IMG/VR virus record: IMGVR_UViG_3300036940_000698
Coordinates: 1-39,680 of that record
Strand: one strand, 5' to 3'
DNA length: 39,680 nucleotides
Origin: a virus
Lineage: Duplodnaviria; Caudoviricetes
Made by a program: the position numbers and the translations under genes. The notes below the pieces were generated by a model. The model had not been told where the DNA came from, searched no databases, and saw only the letters and a program-made list of their open reading frames with translations. Positions 1 to 7,546 of this stretch are shown piece after piece. Numbering within the stretch: the first letter of the stretch is position 1; every line of letters starts with the position of its first letter.

Positions 1-1095
1 CTATGCCTCATCTTCCTGCCGGGCCGGACGGATTTCGGACGGTTTGCCGAGGTCTATGGGCCCCAAATTCACGGCTTGCAGGGCCGTGGCGACGTGCTCC
101 TTGGTAACGTGGGTGTAGATGTCCGCCGTGTGGGTTTGGGCGTGTCCGAGAAGGTCCGCAATGGTCTTGGCGCCATATCCTCCCATGGCCAGGAGCGCCC
201 CGGTCGTGTGGCGCAAAGAGTGCAGGTGGAGGTGTCCATACCCCGCCTCATTGAGGCTGTCCTTGATCTTGTGCGTGATGGTGTCCGGGTGCGCCCATCG
301 ACGGAATACGCGCTTGCTCTCTTCCAGGTCCATTGATTTTAGGACGGCCTTGAACATTGGGTGCATGGGCACCCACTCCACGACGAGGCGGCGTTTCTTT
401 TTGCGCTCCACGCGGATCAGGCTTCGGGAAAAGTCGATATCGCGCGGATACTCCAGGGCCAGGAGTTCCGTCCTGCGCAGCCCTGAGTGGATGTAGGCCA
501 CGGCCATCCGGCGCACGTCGATGTCCTTGATCTTGCGGATGTAGTCGGCGGCCTGGGCCGCGTCGAGGAAACCGGGCTCGGTGTCTCCTCCGCCGATCTG
601 CTTCACGCCCTTGAGCGGGTTGGTGCGCAGATATTCCCATTCAACGGCCTTGTTCATCACGGCCTTGGCGTGGCGGATGTAACAATTGATCGTGGAGGGT
701 TTGCGGCCTTGGGCCAGGAGGGCGCGCGTCATTTCGTCGATGACCTTTTGCCCGATGCGGTCCAGGAGCGTGGATTTCCCGCCGTACTGCTCCAGCTTGT
801 CCAGGGCCTTCCGGTTGCCCGCATAGGTATGCTTATTCTGTACCTCGATGGCCCACGCCAGGTATTCGGCCTTGAATTGCCCGATGGAGACCGTTGTCTG
901 GCCTTTGATGTGGGCCAGTTTACCGGCCAGCCATTGCTCCCTGATAGCCGTGAATACCCGTTTTGCCTCCTTGCCGTCCGTGACGGTCCGGCCACAGAAC
1001 TTTTTCAGGCTGTGGCGCTTCCCGTTGATCCAGATGACATAGGCCCCGGTGTCTGGGCGCTTGGACAATTTCATACGGTCCGAATAGCCTACCAC
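1..1095 (-). CDS. int: Tyrosine recombinase / phage integrase (start may be 1074)
   Basis: Catalytic motifs GLRRTE, HSLRH, LGH, IYTH; SAM-like core domain KPSTINCYIRHAKAVMNKAVEW. Confidence 0.95.
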   Translation of the reverse strand: MVGYSDRMKLSKRPDTGAYVIWINGKRHSLKKFCGRTVTDGKEAKRVFTAIREQWLAGKLAHIKGQTTVSIGQFKAEYLAWAIEVQNKHTYAGNRKALDKLEQYGGKSTLLDRIGQKVIDEMTRALLAQGRKPSTINCYIRHAKAVMNKAVEWEYLRTNPLKGVKQIGGGDTEPGFLDAAQAADYIRKIKDIDVRRMAVAYIHSGLRRTELLALEYPRDIDFSRSLIRVERKKKRRLVVEWVPMHPMFKAVLKSMDLEESKRVFRRWAHPDTITHKIKDSLNEAGYGHLHLHSLRHTTGALLAMGGYGAKTIADLLGHAQTHTADIYTHVTKEHVATALQAVNLGPIDLGKPSEIRPARQEDEA

Positions 1096-1316
1096 GCGAC
1101 ACCCCGCAAGACGGCATTGATGGCCGCGCGGTCCACCTGGGCATGGACCTGATCAATGCCGAGGGCTGTCTCCAGCGACTCTGCGGAATAGCGGCGGTGA
1201 CCACCCGGCGTCTTGCGCACCTCGACAACTCCGTCATCGGCCCATCGGGCCAGTGACTTTGGATGTACGCCGTACGTCGTGGCCGCCTGGGCCGGGGTGA
1301 TCCATTGCCGGTTCAT
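1089..1316 (-). CDS. xis: Excisionase-like MerR/BldC-type HTH protein
   Basis: WITPAQAATTYGVHPKSLARWADDG...TPGGHRRY motif; AAAGGA RBS before ATG 1316; abuts integrase. Confidence 0.85.
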   Translation of the reverse strand: MNRQWITPAQAATTYGVHPKSLARWADDGVVEVRKTPGGHRRYSAESLETALGIDQVHAQVDRAAINAVLRGVAW

Positions 1317-1392
1317 GAGCATCCTTTGGTAGTGCCCCGCCCGAGCGACTACGAGAAGCCGAGCGGGGCATATGATGGGGGGAGGGGAAATA

Positions 1393-1617
1393 TTATCTGC
1401 TACTCCATACGGCGTACTTCCGGAAGGGGTGGCAAAAAGTGGCACCCTCGTTGCGGTGGTGCTGCTCTATGACGGCCCGCAGAGCAAACCCGCGCATGTC
1501 GTCATCCGGTTCATTCAGCGCCATGTCGCAGATCATCAGGCGGCGATCCAGGGCCTTCCACGCCTCAGCACAGACCTCGGCGGCAAAGTCGGGGTGGTCG
1601 TTGTCGAAGAGGCTCAT
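1393..1617 (-). CDS. Hypothetical protein
   Basis: 74-aa ORF, ATGA overlap with upstream ORF. Confidence 0.6.
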   Translation of the reverse strand: MSLFDNDHPDFAAEVCAEAWKALDRRLMICDMALNEPDDDMRGFALRAVIEQHHRNEGATFCHPFRKYAVWSSR

Positions 1618-1892
1618 TGGTCACCGTCCTTGCTCTCGGTCACTCCGAGCATTTCAAGCTGGCGCTCCCTGTCCACGTGACTCAGGCACTGTTTGCAGGG
1701 GCGCAGACCATCCGGCGGCGTGTCCGTCACAATAAACGGGGTGGGGCATACGCTATTACATGACGGACAAGGGGTCCCCGCAATCGTGAACCAGCCGAAA
1801 GGTCCGTCGTGCACTGCGTGGTACAGCTTCGCCCCGGGCTTATGGACGTATCGCTCGTGGGTTTTTCTGGGCCTATATCCTCTAGGCATCAC
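1614..1892 (-). CDS. Hypothetical Cys-rich protein
   Basis: CPSC...CKQC motifs; coupled to neighbours. Confidence 0.6.
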   Translation of the reverse strand: MMPRGYRPRKTHERYVHKPGAKLYHAVHDGPFGWFTIAGTPCPSCNSVCPTPFIVTDTPPDGLRPCKQCLSHVDRERQLEMLGVTESKDGDQ

Positions 1893-2383
1893 TCACCGTC
1901 CTCCTCTTTTTCCCAGGACATGACGCGGTAACGGGCGATGGCTGCTCGCATACTCTCAACAACATCAAAAGATTCATTGGTCCAGAAATCGTTGTGGCTT
2001 TCGCACAATCCAACCAGCACAGACGCTTCACCGGACAACTCACCGCACATGGACCGCAAAGGGCAAACCGCATGTCCGCGCTCATCTCCGACGATACCCC
2101 GGGGGTGGACGCAGGCGGATGCCGACAGTGCACTGCCCCGGAGTTCGGATTCCCGAAGGGCTTTCTTGAGACCCTGTAGCTCGGCCCGCAGCGCGTCAGC
2201 CTCTTTGATCGCCTCCCGCATCTCCCGGCCTCTGTCCTCAAACGCGCCCCGGAGGTAGTCACGCTCAGATCGCAAGTCGCGAATGCAGTTGGAACAGTTT
2301 GGACAGCTGGTCATGTCGTGATCGTTTTTAACCTTGGCCTCGGGAGACTTCCCGATCAGATCGTTAACGTCTTCTTGTTTCAT
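1889..2383 (-). CDS. Hypothetical protein with CxxCxxC and coiled coil
   Basis: MKQEDV start with GAGG RBS; CPNCSNC followed by heptad-like segment. Confidence 0.65.
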   Translation of the reverse strand: MKQEDVNDLIGKSPEAKVKNDHDMTSCPNCSNCIRDLRSERDYLRGAFEDRGREMREAIKEADALRAELQGLKKALRESELRGSALSASACVHPRGIVGDERGHAVCPLRSMCGELSGEASVLVGLCESHNDFWTNESFDVVESMRAAIARYRVMSWEKEEDGE

Positions 2384-2402
2384 TTCACTGCCTCGTTCAT
2401 AT

Positions 2403-2618
2403 TCAATGACGTTTTTTGTACTGCCCACAGAACTCACGCGGGTCCTCGAACATGTAGCACCATGCCCCGTGGCTCTCAGGTTCCCCGCAGTATTTCCACT
2501 GACAGTTATTGCAGTGGGAATATGGGGCATCGCTCTTTCGGACGGACTTCTTGAGCGCCTCCATAAACGTGGGCCACGGACCGGATTCAAGTTCCTCAAG
2601 AGTCGGTGTCTTACTCAT
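2403..2618 (-). CDS. 71-aa protein with DsrA-like N-terminus and Cys-rich C-terminus
   Basis: MSKTPTLEELESGPWPTFMEALKK...CNNC...C...CYMF...CGQY; GAGGT RBS; start overlaps upstream stop. Confidence 0.75.
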   Translation of the reverse strand: MSKTPTLEELESGPWPTFMEALKKSVRKSDAPYSHCNNCQWKYCGEPESHGAWCYMFEDPREFCGQYKKRH

Positions 2619-2823
2619 CGTCCACCTCGGAATTATTCGTTGATTCCACCAGCAGGGAGAGCGAAAGCGTTTGCCAGTGGGAACTGTCTCCACCCTCCAG
2701 ATATTTGCTCACTTCCAGGGGGATCAGTTCATCGGGGACATCCACGATCATCGACTTGCGTTCCGTGTCGCCACCGATGTTTGCCGCTGCACCGAAATCG
2801 GATATGGTAAATACGATCTTCAT
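2611..2823 (-). CDS. Hypothetical protein
   Basis: 70-aa ORF with AAGGA RBS, coupled to downstream ORF. Confidence 0.65.
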   Translation of the reverse strand: MKIVFTISDFGAAANIGGDTERKSMIVDVPDELIPLEVSKYLEGGDSSHWQTLSLSLLVESTNNSEVDDE

Positions 2824-2944
2824 TCTTCATCCTTGAAGATTGTATTCTCAGTTATTCGGAAATTCCTAATAGGTGTCGCTGATTGCTGAGTTCCTGGATC
2901 ATCCCGTGCGGCTGCACGACATGATCCGATGATTCCCTATTGGT

Positions 2945-3229
2945 TTAGATTTTTGCGGCTTGATCGTAGAGCGCCATTGCTCTGCGCCTGAGATTGTTTC
3001 TGCCTCCTCCGACCGCGATAGCTCGTTTTATATTGCCCTCATGATTGAGCCGTCTTGCCCTTCCGTTGAGCCTGTGTGATGCGAACATGTAGCGGTAGGC
3101 TTTTTCAAGAAGCAGAGTCCGTTGCGCGTATTTAACGGCCATGTCTTCCAGTGCCGTCAGGGTACGCACCTCCGCACCATAGGTGTAACTGGCAATCATC
3201 CTTTGTGCGTTCTTTCGTAAATCACTCAT
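2945..3229 (-). CDS. Hypothetical basic protein
   Basis: MSDLRKN start with GAGG RBS. Confidence 0.6.
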   Translation of the reverse strand: MSDLRKNAQRMIASYTYGAEVRTLTALEDMAVKYAQRTLLLEKAYRYMFASHRLNGRARRLNHEGNIKRAIAVGGGRNNLRRRAMALYDQAAKI

Positions 3230-3239
3230 GGTACGCCTC

Positions 3240-3548
3240 TTACAGATTCTCGGACAATATCCGCTTGAGCGGGACACAGGCCATTCCGAGACGAGATCCG
3301 ATGTTGGCTTCCATTTGCGCACCTTTGGAGTCGCTCCAACCAGGGAGCAGACAGACCATGTCGCACTCACAGACTTGGGGGATAGCCAGGCGCATGAAGT
3401 TTTCCCAGGTCGGCGGATCGGGGTGCTCGTTCCTGGCCGGGTTAACGACCTCAAACCCCAGGGCGGCAAGCTCATCTTCGGCTGCATGGAACGCCGGGTA
3501 GTTGTTTTCAGGAAGGCCCGTCATGGGGCCGGAGATGTAGACCTTCAT
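3240..3548 (-). CDS. DUF4406 family protein (nucleoside 2-deoxyribosyltransferase-like fold)
   Basis: MKVYISGPMTGLPENNYPAF...VVNPA...CDMVCLLPGWSDSKGAQME signature. Confidence 0.85.
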   Translation of the reverse strand: MKVYISGPMTGLPENNYPAFHAAEDELAALGFEVVNPARNEHPDPPTWENFMRLAIPQVCECDMVCLLPGWSDSKGAQMEANIGSRLGMACVPLKRILSENL

Positions 3549-3573
3549 TCTTCCATCCTTATGCTGAGAACGT

Positions 3574-3747
3574 TTACATGTTGCGCCAAGCGATCCAGGC
3601 GCATGAGATCAGCCCACCAATAGACAGGGGAATCATTATGATTGATGCCTCAGCCGCCAATTGGGTAGACATCCCTAGGGACACAAGACAACAGACTGCG
3701 GCCATCGCTGTACCGGCGCTCTTTGCCAGGTAATCAAATATCTCCAT
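3574..3747 (-). CDS. Small membrane protein (57 aa, two hydrophobic segments)
   Basis: Manual translation MEIFDYLAKSAGTAMAAVCCLVSLGMSTQLAAEASIIMIPLSIGGLISCAWIAWRNM; fills the operon gap. Confidence 0.55.
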   Translation of the reverse strand: MEIFDYLAKSAGTAMAAVCCLVSLGMSTQLAAEASIIMIPLSIGGLISCAWIAWRNM

Positions 3748-3756
3748 GGTTATTCC

Positions 3757-4218
3757 CTATTCAGCGTCATTGGCCGATGCCAAGCTGCTGTAGACGTTTT
3801 CCCAGTACATCTGGTCGCTGACCGTAAGGATGTACCCCTCGCTGGTATCGATCATCCCTTTGCCGCATTCGTGCAGGATGTGAGACACGCACGTCCACGC
3901 CTTTGCTTGGTCGATCAGTTCTCCGGGTAGGTCCGCGCTGTCCAGGGCCAGGAGGTGTTCGCAATTTCGGCATTCCTTGCCGAGGCAGCATGTCAGACGG
4001 TTGTCCGCAACCTCTTCCGGTGCCGACATGGAGCATTGCTTGTGGATGGTCGGGAGTTCCCCCTTCCGTTCCATGGCAAAGAGCAATGGCAGCCGTGCCG
4101 ACTCCTGGGCCGCGTGCTTGGCTTCGTACATCCAGTGGACGTTCTCGCCGGTCCCGAGCATGGGGGTGCTGTAATCGTTCAGGGCAACGTGCCAGTTGTG
4201 GTCGAATCTATGGTCCAT
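3757..4218 (-). CDS. Hypothetical Cys-containing phage protein
   Basis: 153-aa ORF with GAGG RBS; TCCLGKECRNC. Confidence 0.7.
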   Translation of the reverse strand: MDHRFDHNWHVALNDYSTPMLGTGENVHWMYEAKHAAQESARLPLLFAMERKGELPTIHKQCSMSAPEEVADNRLTCCLGKECRNCEHLLALDSADLPGELIDQAKAWTCVSHILHECGKGMIDTSEGYILTVSDQMYWENVYSSLASANDAE

Positions 4219-4245
4219 GGCTACCTCGCTAAATTACAGATATGT

Positions 4246-4440
4246 TTAGATTTCATCGTCTTGGCTATGGTGCCGCCAGTCTGCCCCGCACACACAGGAC
4301 AACTCTCTGTCCTCGCTGCCGCAATACGGGCAAGGGGCGTCCTCTTCATAGATCGCCAGGACGCGACCGCAATATGCACAGCGGTCAGTGCATTCGCCAT
4401 TGTCGCCACAATCGACACAATATCCTTCTGACTCCACCAT
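4246..4440 (-). CDS. Small zinc-ribbon-like protein
   Basis: CVDC, CAYC, CPYC motifs; GAGG RBS. Confidence 0.6.
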   Translation of the reverse strand: MVESEGYCVDCGDNGECTDRCAYCGRVLAIYEEDAPCPYCGSEDRELSCVCGADWRHHSQDDEI

Positions 4441-4467
4441 GATACGCCTCTTGCGGATCAGTTGTTA

Positions 4468-4914
4468 CTAATGAAAGTCTACGTTTTCTTTCTTGGCAAA
4501 GGCATCGCGCAAGCCATCCACAAACTGCTGTGTTTTCTCGCGCCAGTTTCCAACATGCCCACCACCATCACCTTCCGGCAGCAGCGGAATCAGCTTTTCA
4601 AGACTGTCTGCGATAGGGCCACAACGCTCCCAATTGATCTCTCCGTCACAATCGCTATGGTAAAGGAGTTCATGAATAGGATCTTCCTTGAGGCAGTCCC
4701 ACTTGATGGGGAGGCAACTATAAAAGTTAGCCTCTACTGCATCTTGGAATAACTGCGCCCTGTCGCAAAAAGGATCGTCGAAGCTGCCTTTCTCGAAAAA
4801 ACCTTCCATCAGGCGAAGAGGTGGAAAACCGGCGACTTCTGCCAACTTGCAACGCCAATGCATGAACGCGCTATATGCTCCGTGCCAACAATCGTGTGAT
4901 GTATCCAGTCCCAT
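4468..4914 (-). CDS. Phage hypothetical protein
   Basis: 148-aa ORF, AAGGAG RBS; MGLD...YSAF...R and HSDCDGEI motifs. Confidence 0.75.
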   Translation of the reverse strand: MGLDTSHDCWHGAYSAFMHWRCKLAEVAGFPPLRLMEGFFEKGSFDDPFCDRAQLFQDAVEANFYSCLPIKWDCLKEDPIHELLYHSDCDGEINWERCGPIADSLEKLIPLLPEGDGGGHVGNWREKTQQFVDGLRDAFAKKENVDFH

Positions 4915-4937
4915 TGTCTCACTCCTTACTGCTGATT

Positions 4938-5495
4938 CTATGACCGTCCCGGCTTGCGCAGGATCCGGTACTTGGTTTCGGTGTCTCCCTCAGTCCAGAC
5001 CGTCCACAGACACTCCATGGTCGGCGCGCCTCCGCGTTGCCCGAAACAGAAATCAGGACGCCACGTAAGGGCGAGGACATGCGAGGGCGGGAACTCTTCA
5101 AACAGGGCGGCGCGGCTTTGCGCGTGCCAATATTGGGACTTGAGGAGCATTGCCACCACATCAACGTCCAGAGCGTGCGCACGCCGGATGAACTCGGCTG
5201 CTAGCTTGAAAGGTGGGTTGGTCACGATGGCCGACACGTTGTAGGCTGGCGGTTCCGCAAGGAAGTCTTTTACTTCGCCATACCCGGTATCCCGGATGTC
5301 GGAAGAAATGCAGTGGAAGCCGCGTTCAAGGAACACGTTGGACATATGGCCCTCGCCACAAGCGCATTCCCACACCCCGTCAGGGATCAACCCGGTATCA
5401 ATCAGGGCGTGCGTCACTTCCGGCGGTGTCGGGTAGTAGTCGGCCTTTGCGCGTTTGTTAGTACGGCTGTCATTGGCTAGTAAGGATCCTTGCAT
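4938..5495 (-). CDS. Amino (N6-adenine/N4-cytosine) DNA methyltransferase
   Basis: DYYPTPP, motif I WECACGEG, motif IV NPPF. Confidence 0.85.
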   Translation of the reverse strand: MQGSLLANDSRTNKRAKADYYPTPPEVTHALIDTGLIPDGVWECACGEGHMSNVFLERGFHCISSDIRDTGYGEVKDFLAEPPAYNVSAIVTNPPFKLAAEFIRRAHALDVDVVAMLLKSQYWHAQSRAALFEEFPPSHVLALTWRPDFCFGQRGGAPTMECLWTVWTEGDTETKYRILRKPGRS

Positions 5496-6554
5496 TTACT
5501 TTTCCTCAGAGAATTTTGAATAGGTTTGCCGTGCGTGCGCCTGGATCAAGCTGCCGAAGAAATAGGTGCAGTGCGGGACTTGCCCGTTACCGATGCACTT
5601 GAGTCGGTCCACCCGATGGGCAACCCCATGAGCCACTCGACCCAATCCGGGTTCAGTTGCCCACCAGGCTTTTCCCCATCGCGCAGGAGATGCCCCGGTA
5701 CACTGTCCCGCCCTCGCAGCGAGGGCGGCAAAGTCGAGTTCTTCGCGTCCTGGGCGCAGGGTGTCGGGAAAATTTGTACTGCCGCGCTGAGAGGAAGACC
5801 GCCCTGCGCATACCGCTTCGACCTCATGGAAGTGTCCCGCGTTGGAGTTGGCCAGAGTTTTTCCTTCGAGCTCCGCCCCTTCCTGAACCCCATCCCGCTC
5901 CACTCGTCGCGGTCCTCTATCTTCTCCTTGAGCATCAACAGCGATCCGTCGTTGGTAAATCCCCTTACGTCCGGTGTCGGCCACAGCCTTTCGCGCACAG
6001 CCCATCCCAATTTGTTCGGCTTGGTTCGACCGTCTGTCGCCTCCCAAGACATGTCGTAGGTGCCTATCGTTGCTTGAGGCGTAGGCCACGATCCAGATTC
6101 GATCTCGTTTGTGGGGAGCTCCAAGGGCGGAAGCCGGGACACAATGCCATTCCGCATCGTACCCGAGCGAGGCAAGGTCGGAGAGGACAACTCCAAGCCC
6201 TCTAGTAACGAGGGCCGGGCTGTTTTCAATGAGTGCGTATCGGGGTCGTATTTCAGCAATGGCTCTAGCATATTCAGTCCACAGTCCACTTCTCGCTCCT
6301 TCTAGTCCTGCGCCTTTCCCGGCGACCGAAATATCTTGGCAAGGGAATCCGCCGGCCAGCATGTCTACCGGCTCGACTTGGGTGAAATCCACCTCGCGGA
6401 TGTCCTCGTAGATCGGCTTGCCCGGCCAGCGCAGGGCGAGGATTTTGCGGGCGTATGGGGCGACTTCGCAAAACCACGCATGCTCAAATCCGGCCCATTC
6501 AAGGCCGAGGTCGCCGCATCCGGCTCCAGAAAAAAGGCTGCCTACTTTCATCAT
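5496..6554 (-). CDS. dcm: C5-cytosine DNA methyltransferase, alpha polypeptide
   Basis: Motif I SLFSGAG, IV GFPCQDIS, VI IENS, VIII HKRDRIW, X LKCIGNGQVP. Confidence 0.92.
   Translation of the reverse strand: MMKVGSLFSGAGCGDLGLEWAGFEHAWFCEVAPYARKILALRWPGKPIYEDIREVDFTQVEPVDMLAGGFPCQDISVAGKGAGLEGARSGLWTEYARAIAEIRPRYALIENSPALVTRGLGVVLSDLASLGYDAEWHCVPASALGAPHKRDRIWIVAYASSNDRHLRHVLGGDRRSNQAEQIGMGCARKAVADTGRKGIYQRRIAVDAQGEDRGPRRVERDGVQEGAELEGKTLANSNAGHFHEVEAVCAGRSSSQRGSTNFPDTLRPGREELDFAALAARAGQCTGASPARWGKAWWATEPGLGRVAHGVAHRVDRLKCIGNGQVPHCTYFFGSLIQAHARQTYSKFSEEK
5546..6271 (-). CDS. Nested alternative-frame beta polypeptide of the C5 methyltransferase
   Basis: Same-strand nested ORF with 4 (W/F)PTP repeats and motif IX-like LNPDWVEWLMGLPIGWT, which the alpha frame lacks. 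Confidence 0.7.
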   Translation of the reverse strand: MLEPLLKYDPDTHSLKTARPSLLEGLELSSPTLPRSGTMRNGIVSRLPPLELPTNEIESGSWPTPQATIGTYDMSWEATDGRTKPNKLGWAVRERLWPTPDVRGFTNDGSLLMLKEKIEDRDEWSGMGFRKGRSSKEKLWPTPTRDTSMRSKRYAQGGLPLSAAVQIFPTPCAQDAKNSTLPPSLRGRDSVPGHLLRDGEKPGGQLNPDWVEWLMGLPIGWTDSSASVTGKSRTAPISSAA

Positions 6555-6561
6555 GGTACTA

Positions 6562-6873
6562 TCAAATCCATGCGAGGATAGAGCGAGCCTTTTCGTTGGC
6601 CGACTTCAACCGCTGGTTCCACTCGTATAAAGAGGTAGTTTCGCCTCTGTTCTCAAAAGCCTCGACGAATTCAGCCAATGCCTTCTGCGCGTGGTTGGCG
6701 GAAGCTTCCCACTGAGCGGCCAATTCGTTCTTGCCGTCTGCCTCTGCCCCGGCAGACTCAAGGGAATTTTCGAGGCTTTTGATTTTCGCCTGTGCATCGG
6801 TCCACCCGCAGCTCTGGCAGTGCTGGCCCGAGTCTTTCACCAAGCAGTAAAAACAAGGATTGAATTCAACCAT
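6562..6873 (-). CDS. Hypothetical protein (CxxC...CxxC plus coiled coil)
   Basis: GGAGG RBS before MVEFNPCFYC...CQSC. Confidence 0.6.
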   Translation of the reverse strand: MVEFNPCFYCLVKDSGQHCQSCGWTDAQAKIKSLENSLESAGAEADGKNELAAQWEASANHAQKALAEFVEAFENRGETTSLYEWNQRLKSANEKARSILAWI

Positions 6874-6877
6874 CGGA

Positions 6878-6967
6878 TTACCCTCCATGAGTTGTCGGAA
6901 ATTCGCGGCAGAGTTCACCGCCGATGATCGGATTCCATGTTTTGTCGGTCCATTCGATTTTGCTCAT
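6878..6967 (-). pseudogene. Internally deleted remnant of a DUF5131 (phage Gp37/Gp68) gene
   Basis: 29-aa ORF MSKIEWTDKTWNPIIGGELCREFPTTHGG: family N-terminal signature joined to a REFP-type C-terminal end; AAGGA RBS. Confidence 0.7.
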
Positions 6968-6979
6968 GTCCACGTTCCT

Positions 6980-7306
6980 TTATTTTTTTTGGAGCGCCTT
7001 TTTCGCCACGCTTCCCGTGTCGATGGTGCAGCACGTATTAGGGACAACAACTCCACCAGGGTAATTGTCGTTCCAATCACCCTCTGCGTAGAAGCGCAGA
7101 GCCTCACGCATCCGCTCGTTGTCGGCTTCCAGGTCGTGGATATGCGCCTTGGCAAATGCCTCCGACTCTCCGGCACCAGCCAGGCAGGTCAGCAAATCAA
7201 GTTCTTGGTTTCCCAGCCTGTCGGCTACGGCCTGCAGGAAGTCGTGCCCGAGCTTGTCGCCCTTGCGGATCGTGTCGATCATCTGTTGCGTGGTGAGTTC
7301 AGACAT
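6980..7306 (-). CDS. Hypothetical coiled-coil phage protein
   Basis: ENERMREALRFYA motif typical of phage early genes; GAGG RBS. Confidence 0.7.
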   Translation of the reverse strand: MSELTTQQMIDTIRKGDKLGHDFLQAVADRLGNQELDLLTCLAGAGESEAFAKAHIHDLEADNERMREALRFYAEGDWNDNYPGGVVVPNTCCTIDTGSVAKKALQKK

Positions 7307-7331
7307 GCCCACGTTCCTCTCATTCTACGGC

Positions 7332-7544
7332 CTACGCCGCGTCGTTCTCGCTCATGTACGCGTCGACCTCGCGCATGATGTCACCGGCCACGGACTCGAT
7401 GTCCTCGTTTGTCAGTTGGAACTTGAGGACGCATTTCAGCGCGGCCCCACGGAACAGGCTGGCGAGTGCCTCACGCCCGATCTGGAGCAGACTCTCGCGG
7501 CTCGGTTCGGCCAGCTTGACGATGGGTTGCTTTTTCTTGGCCAT
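7332..7544 (-). CDS. Hypothetical protein
   Basis: MAKKKQ start, GGAGG RBS, directly after RdgC-like gene. Confidence 0.7.
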   Translation of the reverse strand: MAKKKQPIVKLAEPSRESLLQIGREALASLFRGAALKCVLKFQLTNEDIESVAGDIMREVDAYMSENDAA

Positions 7545-7546
7545 GG

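Noticed and set aside
2403-2618. Functional dsrA auxiliary metabolic gene
   Set aside because: Only ~24 N-terminal residues resemble DsrA; no siroheme/Fe-S catalytic domains and no dsrB
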